From positions 200,696,001-200,760,000 of the forward strand of contig NC_086097.1 of the NCBI RefSeq assembly GCF_963921235.1: a DNA stretch of 64,000 bases. Direction: 5' to 3'. Below the pieces are notes generated by a model. The model was not told the origin of the DNA, did no database searches, and saw only the letters and a list, made by a program, of their open reading frames with translations. Below are positions 48,940-62,635 of this stretch, one piece after another. Position numbers and translations under genes: made by a program. Origin of the DNA: Mobula hypostoma (Eukaryota). Position 1 is the stretch's first letter, and each line of letters opens with the position of its first letter.

Positions 48940-49605
48940 CCACATCACAGGACAATTTGGAGCCTTTGGAGAGAGTGCAGATGAGGCTTACAAGGATGTT
49001 GCCCTGATTAGAGAGCATCAGCTATAAAAGGAGGTCGGACACAACTGGGTTGTTTTCTCTGGAGAGATGGGGAATGGCCTAATAGAAATATCTAAATTTA
49101 TGAGAAGCGTAACTACTGCGCCTAAGGTCCTTTTTTATCCAAAGCAGAAGTGCCAGATACTATAGAGCTTAGCTTTAAGGTGAGAAAGGACAGTTTAAGA
49201 AGATGTGTGGGGCAATTTTATTTTACACCAAGATGGTAGGTGCCTGAAGCAGGGTTTTAAGAGTAGTGGTGGAAGCAGACATGATTGTGCTGCTGAAGGG
49301 ACCTTCAGAACATCACATGAACAGGCAGGGAATGGAGGGATTTGGATCATGAACAGGCAGGGAATGGAGGGATTTGGATCATGAACAGGCAGGGAATGGA
49401 GGGATTTGGATCATGAACAGGCAGGGAATGGAGGGATTTGGATCATGTACAGGCAGGGAATGGAGGGATTTGGATCATGTACAGGCAGGGAATGGAGGGA
49501 TTTGGATCATGTATAGGCAGATGGGATCAGATTAATTTGCCATTGTGGTTGGCACGGATATCATCGGCTGAAGGGCCTGTTCCCATGCTGCACTATTCTA
49601 TGTTA
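48940..49605 (+). mobile_element. CR1 3' fragment containing a minisatellite
   Basis: ALERVQMRLTRML and the terminal GGCTGAAGGGCCTGTTCCCATGCTGCACTATTCTATG. Confidence 0.75.
49316..49520. repeat. 32-bp minisatellite, 6 full units plus a partial one
   Basis: CATG(A/T)ACAGGCAGGGAATGGAGGGATTTGGAT; units 1-4 carry A, units 5-6 carry T. Confidence 0.97.
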
Positions 49606-50274
49606 TCCTCATGGGGATGCTCCCAATCTTCTTTGCCAACCCTTCTCTTATGCTAATGTAATTTGGTCTACCTACATACTTCTTCAAGAGTAGGTGGAGG
49701 AAAGTGAGAAAGATCAGAATGAGGAACAGAGCAGCAGAGTTAGGAGAGAAAGTGTATGTCCACAGCCACCAAAGATTGGTCATCTCTGGATGCTTTGTCA
49801 GGGCAGTCCTCTTGGGATTCTCCAAAAGACCTCATTGCATCCAGGCAGAGTGGTAAAAGTGGGAAAATGGCAAGCCACCTTCTCAGCACCTGGCTATGTA
49901 TTCACCAGCCAACAACTCATGGCAAAAGGTTGCTGTTGTTTGGACTCTGCATTTATTTTTTGTAGATTTCATTACAGTTGTTTCTGCAGTTGAAGCAGCA
50001 GTATCAGATGTGTGCAAATTCTACCAAAGGACGGAATATTCCTTGGAATGCCACAGCCACGATTAGCTATGGAACATTGACCAAGCTACAGAGAAGCCAT
50101 CACTTTCTTGCCTGCAAAGGATTCATTGCCTTAAGCAGTAAACATTCTCCATGGTTGACTTCATCAAAGGCAGCAAAGATAGCTTTATCATCAACAGCTT
50201 TATGTTTATTAAGCAGCCGCTGTGCTCATGAGGACTACTCTGCATTCAGAGGAATTATTCAGTGGCTTACCAAT

Positions 50275-51045
50275 ATAATGCTGAAATACAATGTGGGAAA
50301 GAGCATGGTCATGCACCTTGGTAGAAGAAATATATGTACTAACTACTTTCTAAATGGGGAGAAAATCCAAATATCAGAGATGCAAAGGGACTTGGGAGTC
50401 CTTGTGCAGAACACCCTAAAGGTTAACTTGCAGGTTGAGTGGGTGGTGAGGAAGGCAAATGCAATGTTAGCATTCATTTCAAGAGGTCTAGGATGTAAGA
50501 GCAGGAATTTGATGCTGAGGTTTTATAAGGCACTGTTGATACCTTGAGTATCCTTATCTAAGAAAAGATGTGCTGGCATTGGAAAGGGTTCAGAGGAGAT
50601 TCACAAGGATGATTCTGGAAATGAAAGGCCTATACTCACTGGAATTTAGAAGGATGAGGGGAAATCTCATTGAATCCATTTGAATGTTGAAAGGCCTAGA
50701 TAGGATAGGTGAGGAAAGGATGTTTCCCATGGCGAGGAAGCCTAGGACAAGAGGGCACAGTCTCAGAATAGAGGGGCATCCATTTAAACAAGAGATGCAA
50801 TTTCTTTAGCCAGTGAGCGGTGAATTTGTGGAATTTTCTACCACAAGCAGCTGTGGAGGCCAGGTCGTTGAGTGTATTAAAGGCAGAGATTGCTAGGTTC
50901 TAGATTGACCATGGCATCAAAGGTTATGGGGAGAAGGCCAGGGAGTGGGGCTGAGTAGAACAAAAAAGATCAGCAATGATTGGATGGCAGAGCAGACTTG
51001 ATGGGCTGATTGGCCTAATTCTGCTCCTATGCCTTATGGTCTAAA
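50275..51045 (+). mobile_element. CR1 3' fragment
   Basis: KYNVGKSMVMHLG...QRDLGVLV...KANAMLAFI, with the end CTGCTCCTATGCCTTATGGTCT. Confidence 0.9.
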
Positions 51046-51604
51046 AGTCTATAATCTGATACTCAGCTACCATTAATAAGTATTTCTCTTAGTACTGGTT
51101 AGGCTAGGAAGACTTTATGAATATAATTCACTTAGCCACATTGTAACATTCTTAGCCGTTGTGTTGCTATGCTGTTTCCCCAGTTCTACACGTAGAGCAT
51201 GGTGTTCAAAGAAACTGTCTGTTTGAAAGACCAGTAAGGTATCACATATACCAAACTCTGATCAATTTTACATACTGCACAAAACTGATGACCAAATCCT
51301 TGACCTTTACAAGCACAAAGGGTGAATATGTTGTTCAGTATAAGCTGGTGGGGCTTGAAACTTACATAACATGTAATGCAGTTTTAGAACTTGTCTGTGT
51401 CTACATCTTCATACACTAAAGGTTCAAGGACAGAGCCACCAAGAAAAGTTGACTACACGATTAAAGAAATCTGGCTCTCAACTAAGGAATTAGTAAAAGT
51501 GAAATCACATAAATGATTAAAATGAACAGCTACTTACTGTGAGAGGAGTCTGAAGAAGTGCATTCAATATTGTCCTTATCACCCAATGGCTTCAACTCTC
51601 TGCA

Positions 51605-52890
51605 CTATCAAGTCCCCACTCAACCTTCCACATTCCAAAGAATAAAGACCCAACTTGTTCAACCTTTCTCTGTACTTAGGTGATGAAACCCAGGTAATAT
51701 TCTAGTAAATCTTCTCTGTACTCTCTCTATTTTGTTGACATCTTTCCTAAAATTCGGTGACCAAAACTATACACAATACTCCAAATTTGGCCTCACCAAT
51801 GCCTTGTACAATTTCAACATTACATCCCAACTCCTATACTCAATGCTCTGATTTATAAAGGCCAGCATACCAAAAGCTTTCTTCACCACCCAATCCACAT
51901 GAGATTCCACCTTCAGGGAACTATGCACCATTATTCCTACTGCATTCTTCAGTGCCCTACCATTTACCATGTATGTCCTATTTTGATTAGTCCTACCAAA
52001 ATGTAGCACCTCACATTTATCAGCATTAAACTCCATCTGCCATCTTTCAACCCACTCTTCTAAGTGGTCTAAATCTCTCTGCAAGCTTTGAAAGTCTACT
52101 TCATTATCCACAACTCCACCTATCTTGGTATCATCTGCATACTTACTCATCCAATTTACCACCCCATCATCCAGATCATTCATGTATATGACAGGCAACA
52201 TTGGACCCAGTACAGATCCCTGAGGCACACCGCTAGTCACTGGCTTCCAATCTGACAAACAGTTATCCACAACTACTCTCTGGCATCTCCCATCTAGCCA
52301 CTGCTGAATCCATTTTACTACTTCAATATTAATACCTAACAATTAAACCTTCCTAACTAACCTCCCGTGTGGAATCTTGTTAAAGGCCTTACTGAAGTCC
52401 ATATTGACAACATCCATCGCTTTACCCTCGTAAACTTTCCTAGTAACCTCTTCAAAAAATTCACTAAGATTTGTCAAGTATGACCTTCCTCGCACAAATC
52501 CATGTTGACTGTTCCTAATCAGACCCTGTCTATCCAGATAATTATATATACCATCTCTAAGAATACTTTCCATCAATTTACCCACCACTGATGTCAAACT
52601 CACAGGCCAATAATTGCTAGGTTTACTCTTAGAACCCCTTTTAAACAATGGAACAACATGAGCTATATGCCAATCCTCCGGCACCATCCCCGTTTCTAAT
52701 GACATTTGAAATATTTCTGTCAGAGTCCCTGTTATTTCCAAACTAACTTCCCTCAAGGTCCTAGGGAATATCCTGTCAGGACCCGGAGACTTATCCACTT
52801 TTATATTCCTTAAAAGCTCCAGTACTTGCTCGTCTTTAATCATCATAGTTTCCATAACTTCCCTACCTGTTTCCCTTATCTTACACAATA
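51605..52890 (-). mobile_element. CR1 RT internal fragment (YADD subfamily)
   Basis: KSPGPD, MDFSKAFNKIPH, GVPQGSVLGP, KYADDTK; one frameshift at about 52342. Confidence 0.93.
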
Positions 52891-52995
52891 CTACCTGCAC
52901 AGTACTACTGCCACAAAACAACAAAGTTTATGACAGGACAGTGACAATAAACCTAATTCTGATTCTGATTCTGAATTGGATTCTGATTTTGATTG
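52890..52995 (+). mobile_element. Rex1/Babar-type 3' tail with (ATTCTG)n
   Basis: GTGACAATAAACCTAATTCTGATTCTGATTCTGA. Confidence 0.6.
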
Positions 52996-53494
52996 CTTAT
53001 ATCTCATTGGTCAAGGAACAGGGCTCTTGATCGCACTATTCATAAATTCACACTAATAGGAAGTTTTAGCAAATTGTTTTCCAGTTTCCGGTAGAAAAAC
53101 CAATTGCAATAACTGTTGTAAAATCTTGTGATACATAAAAAGATTATTTGGCTCATCATGGTTGTGCCACATTCACCCTGCATTACTTCCTCTGATATCA
53201 ATATTGTTGGGTCAATCTTCAGAATTTATTATTTCTTTATAATTACTAAATTTTCTACCAGATTTACTCATTGATAATGACATGCGTTACAATACAATCT
53301 ACTCTTCCAGAATGTTTTCATAATAGTGAGAATCCCCTTACACTTCCTTTAGGAAGCCACTAGGTGGCAGCCAAGGTATTTGTCTAACTAAATGTAATGA
53401 TTAGATCGTTGTCTATGTACTCAAATTGATGCCTTTACCATGCTTTCCCAGGCAACTACAGGCACCAAAATGCTTGTTCTTTGACTTCTCTTCC

Positions 53495-53815
53495 AGGTGA
53501 AGGAGTGGTTCACTTGCACTTCTTCCAAACACTACACCTTATTCAGTGCTCTGCTCAAAATGTGGTCTCTCCCACACAGGAGAAAACAAAGATTCGGTGA
53601 CCACAGCTGCATTGAATGCAACACCTGTATTCAGTCTGCAGGGGGCAATCCTAAGCTTCCCAGTGCTTGCCACTTTAATTTTTCGTCCCATTCTCATTCT
53701 GACCTATGGTTTTGTGGCCTCCTGCCATGTTACAATGCGCCCATGCAAGTTTGAGGAAAAGAACTCAGGGCAGTTTGCAGCCTTCTGGACCTGATGTTAA
53801 ATTTTAAACTTCAGG
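53495..53815 (+). mobile_element. Penelope-like GIY-YIG remnant
   Basis: FQVKEWFTCTSS..CSKCGLSHTGE..RFGDH, colinear with 18385-18780. Confidence 0.7.
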
Positions 53816-54149
53816 CAGCTTCAATTCTTTTAGTATATTAATTGTCCATCTGTGAGATTAGTTCAGCTTGTATTTTCCCTCTTTTTTCTGCTTTGCTCTG
53901 GGAGTGGAGGACATGCCCTGCCGGAGCTACTGGGTATATCTTCCTGCTCTACATTTTGCAAGCCCTGTAGTGTTTTGTTTATGAACACAAGAAGTTTTGT
54001 AGAGGCAGGAAATCCAGAGCAACAAGCACAAAATACCGGAGGAACTCAACAGATCAGGTAGTACCTATAGAAAGGAGCAAGCAAATGACTTTTCTGGCTA
54101 AGACCCTTCAGAAGGATCCTTCATCAGGGTCCCTTGTAGTGAAATAATT

Positions 54150-55285
54150 TAGAGTTGGTAGAAACTGCAGGTATGATCTGCTGAATACAATGGCTGATGG
54201 TGCAGGAGGTGAAGACCAGCAGATGGAAGAGCATTTACAGCACGTCTTTAAATCGGAGAATTGTACCATATTCGGGGGTACAACTTCGGATGAGTGTGTG
54301 CCTTCAAAAACATAATGAGTTTTCCCAAACCAGGAGCAGAGGTTGAACCAGGAAGTTTGTAGTTTGCTGAAGTCCATCTCTGAGGCATTCAAGAATGGCA
54401 ATCCAAACTTTGACAAGATGTCCAGAAATGGCGTACAGAAGGTCATTGTGAGAGACTCTGTGATTAAGGACAGCTCAAATGTCTTCTATAAATTTACAGA
54501 TGAAACTACTGGTTTTGGTAAAATCTCAAAAACAGTGAAAAGGAGGCATACAGAGCTGAGATAGATCAGCTTGTTGAGTGGTGTCGCAACAACAACCTTG
54601 CACTCAACATCAGCAAGACCAAGGAATTGATTGTGAAGTTTAAGGAGAAGTTGGAGAAAGCACACCAGCACTCATTGAGTGGCCAACGATGGAAAGGGTA
54701 AGCAGCTTCATGTTCTTTAGTATCAATATCTTGGAGGATCTACCCTTGGACCAACACATTGATGCAATGATGAAGAAGGCACACCAGGAGAAATCTGAGG
54801 AGAGTTGGTATGTCGTCAAAGACTCTTGCAGATTTCTATGGATGTATGGTAGAGAACATCACAGCCTGGTATGGAGGCTCCTATGCAAAGGATCACAAGA
54901 GGCTGAAAAGGATTGTAGACTCAGCCATTTCCAGCATGAGCACTCCTCTCCACCGTCGAGTACATCTTCAAGAGACAGTGCCTCAAGAAGGCAGCATCCA
55001 TCATGAAGGATCCTTACTACCCAGGACATCCCCTCTTGTAGTCACTGCCTCGGGGAGGTACAAGAGCCTGAAGACCCATTCTCAATGATTCAGAAACAGC
55101 TTCTTCCTCTCCACTATCACGGTTTGAAATGGTCATGAAACCATGAATATTATCCCATATTCTTTTGTCATTGTACTGTTTATTTATTTTGTAATTTATA
55201 GTAATTTTATATTTTTGCACTGCATTGCTGACAAAGACAACACATTTTGCATCAATATAAGTAATGTAAAGCTGATTCTGATGAT
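54150..55285 (+). mobile_element. Decayed Rex1/Babar LINE
   Basis: FPNQEQRLN, YKFTDETT, SGRYKSLKTHSQ and a 3' UTR ending CTGATTCTGA. Confidence 0.8.
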
Positions 55286-56289
55286 CTGGAAAAATCAGCG
55301 TCCTTGGTTAGATGGCTTTGGAGAACTATGTAAAGGTTGCTTCTGGGATAACTTAGTCAGTGTTCTTTCCACTACACTAAAATAAGTGTTTCACTAAAGG
55401 AATGGTATCAGCATTGCATGACTATTGCAGAATTTCTTTCTATAGCACAAAGGTAATTCTGGAGTAATGGGAGATGACCCGGACTTGGCCTTTACTATTA
55501 TTCATTTTTGAAAAGGTCCCATATCAATTGTGTAATGTTTAAAAAAGTGTGGCTGAATGTATAGGTAAGTAAATTTATGCAGTAATAAAAAATCAGAATA
55601 AATTCTTTCTACTTTAACTCAAAAACCAAAAAGTGAGCATAAGTCTCCATGCCTCCTTTCTACTGACCCAATATGTCTAATTGCTGCTCACTGACTGAAG
55701 TGCATGGGGATACGAAATTGGCCTTGGGCAGTAAAAATTACATTGTGACATTGTTGAAAGGAACTGATAGATTAGACAAAGTGTATAATTCCCACTTTTT
55801 ACAACTGCTTAAAACTAATTTCAGCCATCACTTGTCTCATGCCCAACTCTGTTTCAAATTGGGGACACAAAATGCTTCAGAGACTGAAGAGGTCAACAGC
55901 ATCCATGGAGGGAAAGGGATAATCAATGTTGCAGGCTGAGATCCTTCATCTACGTGTAGTGTTTTGTATGTTGCCCTGTTTAAAAATGGTTTAATTCAGC
56001 CAAATCCTCAGTCCCGCTGTTAATTATATTCATCACTAGCTGAACAAGTTTGGGAATACACTCCTTTCCCAATACCATCATGGACAGCATACAGAGAAAA
56101 TTGGCTATAATGATTCTGATGAGGGCAGCAAAAAGCAAGATTCAGGACAGTGGAGTGGTGAACATTATTAAAGCGAGGAAAGAGCATGGCACAAAACCAG
56201 TGGTTTTACTGGAATCTCTCACCTATAGCCATTCCTCAAAATCCAATTGGAAATGATTCCTAGCTCTAACAAACCTCCTACCACAACCT

Positions 56290-56500
56290 TAGAAACAGAA
56301 TATGTTGGAAATACTCTGCAGTATCTGTAGGAAAAGAAGCAGAATTGATATTTCAGGTCATAGACCTCACATCAGAGCCGAAAACCAGGTGTCTCCGACC
56401 TCTGTTTCTTTTTCCACAGATACAGTCTGAACTTCTGAATATTTCCAGCATTCTCGGTTTTTATTTTAGATTTCCAGCACTTGAAGATTTTTGACTTTTG
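56290..56500. mobile_element. Inverted pair of PLE termini
   Basis: Left arm AACAGAATATGTTGGAAATACTC..ATCTGTAGGAAAAGAAGCAGA is the approximate reverse complement of TCTGTTTCTTTTTCCACAGAT..GAATATTTCCAGCATTCTCGGTT. Confidence 0.65.
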
Positions 56501-59500
56501 TAACCTCAGAGTTTTGGCCCAGAACTGTGGAGAGGAGAGGCTCTTGCGAATATTTCAGCAGGGAGCATCTGCTTTGAATGTAAGTATGGAGAGGCAGATC
56601 GCAGGCTTTATAGTTACGAAATGAAATGTGCCATTTTAAAGAAATATTTAATCTCATTACATTTAGTGAGTTGGAATACAGTGAGTACTGCAAGCTGCCC
56701 ACATCCTGGGGTGAGGAAAATTGACAAATATTTTAGAGGTAGCACATACAGATACACAGCACACACACACACTGAGTTTAACATTTACTCCACAAAAAAT
56801 AAATTCCTTTCACATGATTTTTTTTCATATCTCTATTTTTTCAATAGACTTAACTGATCTGAAAATTGGAAGGATATCAATAATAAATATACAATATATG
56901 AAAAATATGTGTTGCAGTGCAGTTAATTATTTATGCTAGTGTGTAAATGTTTGGATCATTAAAAATAACCAGGATCACACAATCAACATATTGGAGGGTG
57001 AAAAGCTGACAATGCAACTATTATTTCAAAATGTAAAATACCTCAAGTAAGAGGCTAATCCTAGAAACACGAGTGAAATAAAACATGGTTCAGTATCTTA
57101 GAGAGTCAACCTGAGGCCAAAATGTCTTAGAGTAAGCACACTGTCTTGGACCTGAAGGGGGAAGGCATTCTCATACCTGATCTGGTGGTGCGGGTCTCAG
57201 ATGAGTTAGACATTCAGGAGAGTAGAAGCGTCTCCTGATGACAGTGAACAGTGAGCATCTTTGATAATAGTTGCAATCTGTGACTCATTAGATCTTTGTG
57301 CGATTCTCCACTTGATAGCATTGCAGCTCTCTGGCACGATGCTGATAGCTGCCAGGGGTATGGGGAAACAGCCTGGTGTAGTAAATGGTGCATCTGTGCA
57401 CAGTTGATGAGTTAACACTACTTGCCTAGAAACCGTAATCGCAGAATAGTTGCGGCACCAAAGACGACTGTGTGGCCTGATTGCCTAAGAAGGAGAAGAT
57501 GAGTGCACCCGAAGAGGATGAGGCAGCTTTCATTTTCTTCTTCTTAGGCATTTCCCTTAGAACTGAGGATAATTTGTTTCTGTTCTGGTTTTATGGTCTG
57601 AAATGGCTGATGAGGAACTACTGACTCTTCTATAGAGGACAGGAGATGGATGACAGGGTGGGTGATTAGGCAGCCTGTGAGGTAATGATTTCCTTTTGCC
57701 ACACACCAATTCCCTGTATGCCACTGATGCTTAACCTAAAAGTTCTCAGTATCATCCTGAATAATACTTCGCCACTTTGAATAGTCACAGACCAGAGATC
57801 CAGGAGTCATTTGGGATGTTGCACTTCTTAAAGGTACCTCTGAGCACAGCCTTGAATCCTTTTCACTATCCACTTGGTAATTTTGTCCCATGACAGAGTT
57901 TGGAATAGAGGAAGCAGTGATTCAGTTGAACTTCTGCTGAGTTAGAGTACCTGCCTTCGAAGTTCACAATGTGGTGTCTCCTGCACTGGAGAAACCATAG
58001 TAGATTGGGTGATTACTTTGCAGAACACCAACGCTGCCTTTAGATACCACCTTGTGCTCCCTTTGCTTTAATTCTCCATCCACTCCCATTCTGACTGTTG
58101 TGTCAATGTCTGCATCCCTTAGCTACACATTTCTGCTTCCATCTGGAAGTTTTCCAGCGTTCCCCCAACTGTCAAAAAACTTGCTTTCTCTCTATGCAAG
58201 ATGGTCCATCAGAATGGACCATTTTTGTTGTGAGTCAATTGTCTGTAAAACTGGTCAGGTAGCTCCTTCTTGTTATTTCTTTTTTTCCCCCTCTTCTCTG
58301 TTAATACACACTGACTGACTAATTCTATTACACCACACTACTTTGTTCATGTGTTGGATTGAGACCCTGCAACAGAACTGAAATGGAAGAGGAAATATTG
58401 CTAATATCTAGAAGTATGAAGTGAATACAGGTGAGGTGGGACAGATGTGAGTAGTTAGTAGGTGGAACCAGATAGGGAGTGTGGAGAGATGGAACAAAAG
58501 GATGGGCAAAGTGAATAAGGGGAGAAGAAAATTACCTGAATGGGAGAACATATGTGGGAGGGGAATGGTAAGGGTGTGGGTTATCTTGAACTGGTAAAAT
58601 TAATGTTGATATCATGTGGTTGTAAACTACCCAAGTGAAGCATAAGTCATTTGTAGATTGACATTTCTGTAGAGATGAGAATAGTCAGTAAGTTAGATTT
58701 ACAGGGTGACTTGGAGGTTAAATGGATTCTTCCATCCTTTCTACCTTGTTGTGAACTGAAGAGAAGTGCAGATGAATTAGAAGTTTATTCAGCAGATTGT
58801 GGAGCCAACTGAAAATGATGTCCTCAAAATAAACATCATCTTAACACAATATATGTGTGCAAAGGGGAATGCTAGGCAAATCAATCAGCGCTAGAGAAAG
58901 TGTAACACTTCGCATTTCAGAGGGCAATAATGTATCTCATTGAAAGATGAGCTGATTTTTGTGCTTACATTAAGGTCTATTGAAACAGTGTAGGAGGCCA
59001 GGGGCAAGCCAGAGTGGGAGTGGGATCCAGAAATGAAGTAATTGGATTGTCAAGGTCACCACAATTTCAATTTTTCCTATTATTTTCTTCCCAATGTACC
59101 AATGTTTCCCTCATGATCCTCTCTTCTTCATTATTCATATGCCTCACTTTGGCACAACATAGTGCAAGTATAGTGCAAGTACCATCTGGATGGCTTTGGC
59201 AACCAACCTTTCCTTTTTGCTTTCTCTATGATTTCATATTTATTACTCAACTTTCAAAGGCCTGTTTTGGAAAAGTCAATAATTTCTTCAGCTTTCCAAG
59301 GCCTTTTTTAGTTTCATTGATTTCCAAACCTTCCCAGGACCAGGCCAAATTTCATTCCCTTAGTATCATCCACAACTGCGTTCTTCAGCCACTAGGTCGC
59401 TGGATTACATTACAGTATTTCCTCCTAAAATACTTCCTCCTTACCTCTTCTCTTCTTTAAACTATAGTCCAAAATACTTTCAGCAGATCTCTATTTTATG

Positions 59501-60562
59501 TTTTAATCAATTCTCCACATGCACCACCTCCCCAGTCCCATGACCCTTAGTTTATGTGACAGTCTCATGTTACTGTACAGTCCGGGGGACGCTCATTCAC
59601 TTGTTTACAAAGCTGGTGAATGCTGTCTCCAGTGTTTTTTTTATTACATTCTGGTTGAAATTGTTTTTTCAGTTGTAAATATTGAAGTAAATTGCTTAAT
59701 ATGAAGAACTTATAAACCTAATATTATAACAGCTTTATTTACCAGTAAACCTGCTTCTCATAATGTATTCTGCAAAAAAAACCTATATCGAATAATCAAT
59801 GGATAGTCACTTGATCTTAAATGGCATTTAAACAATAATTGAGTAATAATCATAAATCATTTGCTAAAAAAAATTGTATATTGGTTCAGGACTGTGCATA
59901 GAACAGATCTTTACATATTGCTTATGTGAGAATGTCTTTCTAGTCATATTTGTATAATCATTTATTTAATCACTCACATCGGAACTGATACAAATTAATA
60001 CAATTTATTATCCAAATGAAGTCTTTTACAAGAAGTTGATTGTGTGTGAAGGATGAGTTACATCTGCTAAAATGGCAGTATTCAGTAATTAGAGAAGTTT
60101 AAATGTATTGAGATGCTGATATTATTGAATTTCATTCACAATGATGCCTGAAGTGGAAGCAGTGAGACCCTGCTGGTGGAATGAGTTTCAGAGGCTTAAC
60201 TTTTGTCCACTCCTCTATCTTCTAATGAAGGTTGGTGTGCAAGATGAGATGAGTCATCCTTTATATTCTCATTGCAATACTAATGCCCGCTAATTGCAAG
60301 CAACTGCAGAAACTTCTGAAAGATCCATTGAAAAGGAGAAATGAAAAGGATTAGGCCAGCACTTATCACTGATCCTGACTTACCCTAAACTGGATAGCTT
60401 GCTAATATATTTAAACAGGTAGCTAGGAGTCAACCACATTTCTTTCAGTCTGAGCTCAATAATAGGCCAGGTAAGGATAGCAAATATCCTTCCTGAAAAT
60501 CCTAAAACAAACAGCAGACTATTCTCTGCCATGTTGATAGAAGAAGGAAGAATACGTGACCC

Positions 60563-62635
60563 TTAGACCATAAGACCATAAGACCATTAGACAAAGGAGC
60601 AGAAGTAGGCCATTCGGCCCATCGAGTCTGCTCCGCCATTTTATCATGAGCTGATCCATTTTATCCTATTTAGTCCCACTGCCCCGCCTTCTCACCATAA
60701 CCTTTGATGCCCTGGCTACTCAGATACCTATCAATCTCTGCCTTAAAGACACTCAATGACTTGGCCTCCACTGCTGCCCATGGCAACAAATTCCATAGAT
60801 TCACCACCCTCTGACTAAAAAAATTTTTTCGCATTTCTGTTCTGAAAGGGCGCCCTTCAATCCTGAAGTCATGCCCTCTCGTACTAGACTCCTCCATCAT
60901 GGGAAACAACTTTGCCACATCCACTCTGTCCATGCCTTTTAACATTCGAAATGTTTCTATGAGGTCTCCCCTCATTCTTCTAAACTCCAAGGAATACAGT
61001 CCAAGAGCGGACAAACGTTCCTCATATGTTAACCCTCTCATTCCCAGAATCATTCTAGTGAATCTTCTCTGTACCTTCTCCAACGTCAGCACATCCTTTC
61101 TTAAATAAGGAGACCAAAACTGCCCACAGTACTCCAAGTGATGTCTCACCAGTGCCTTATAGAGCCTCAACATCACATCCCTGCTCCTATACTCTATTCC
61201 TCTAGAAATGAATGCCAACATTGCATTCACCTTCTTCACTACTGACTCAACCTGGAGGTTAACTTTAAGGGAATCCTGTACGAGGACTCCCAAGTCCCGT
61301 TGCATCTCAGAACTTTGAATTGTTTCCCCATTTAAATAATAATCTGCCCGCTTATTTTTTCTGCCAAAGTGCATAACCATACACTTTCCAACATTGTACT
61401 TCATTTGCCACTTCTCTGCCCATTCTTCCAATCTATCCAAGTCTCTCTGCAGACTCTCCATTTCCTCAGCACTACCGGCACTTCCACCTATCTTTGTATC
61501 ATCAGCAAACTTAGCCACAAAGCCATCTATTCCATAATCCAAATCGTTGATGTACAATGTAAAAAGAAGCGGCCCCAACACTGATCCCTGTGGAACACCA
61601 CTGGTAACCGGCAGCCAACCAGAATAGGATCCCTTTATTCCCACTCTCTGTTTCCTGCCAATCAGCCAATGCTCTATCCACGTATGTAACTTTCCTGTAA
61701 TTCCATGAGGCTCTTATCTTGCCTCATGTGTGGCACCTTGTCAAAGGCCTTCTGAAAATCCAAATATACAACATCCACTGCATCTCCCTTGTCTAGCCTA
61801 CTTGTAATTTCCTCAAAAAATTGTAATAGGTTTGTCAGGCAGGATTTTCCTTTAAGGAATCCATGCTGAGTTCTGCCTATCTTGTCATATGCCTCCAGGT
61901 ACTCTGTAACCTCATCCTTGACAATCGACTCCAACAACTTCCCAACCACTGACGTCAAGCTAACAGGTCTATAATTTCCTTTTTGCTTCCTTGCCCCCGT
62001 CTTAAATAGCGGAGTGACATTTGCAATCTTCCAGTCCTCCGGAACCATGCCAGAATCTATCGACTTTTGAAAGATCATCGCTAATGCCTCCGCAATCCAC
62101 ACAGCTACTTCCTTCAGAACACAAGGGTGCATTCCATCTGGTCCAGGAGATTTATCGACCTTTAGCCTATTCAGCTTCCTGAGTACTTTCTCTATCGTAA
62201 TTGTGACCGCGCACACTTCTCTTCCCTGCCACCCTTGAGTGTCCGGTATACTGCTGATGTCTTCCTCAGTGAAGACTGATGCAAAATACTTGTTCAGTTC
62301 CTCTGCCATCTCCTCATCTCCCATTACAATTTCTCCAGCATCATTTTCTATCAGTCCTATATCTACTCTCACCTGTCTTTTACTCTTTATATACTTGAAA
62401 AAGTTTTTAGTATCCTCTTTGATATTATTTGCTAGCTTCCTTTCATAGTTTATCTTTTCTCTCTTAATGGCCTTCTTAGTTTCCTTTTGTAAGCTTTTAA
62501 AAACTTCCCAATCCTCTGTCTTCCCACTAATTTTTGCTTCCTTGTATGCCCTCTCCTTAGCTTTAACTTTGGCTTTGACTTCTCTTGTCAACCACAGTTG
62601 CATCCTTTTTCCACTTGAAAATTTCTTCTTTCTTT
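60563..62635 (-). mobile_element. Young 5'-truncated CR1 LINE (RT broken by one frameshift)
   Basis: ORFs 61674-62603 and 60670-61644 with KSPGPDG, YLDFQKAFDKVPH, GVPQGSVLGP and KFADDTK. Small deletion at about 61720; (TAAGACCA)n tail. Confidence 0.97.

Noticed and set aside
49316..49520. CRISPR-like array of 32-bp repeats
   Set aside because: Units are contiguous with no spacers, derive from a CR1 tail, and there are no cas genes.
49978..50547. 189-aa ORF as a host-TE fusion gene
   Set aside because: The C-terminal half is CR1 RT, the N-terminal half has no recognisable motif, and the start is non-ATG; likely chance read-through.
57177..57425. Minus-strand exon candidate (tttctag...CAG/gtatga)
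   Set aside because: Stop codons in all three frames and no recognisable protein.
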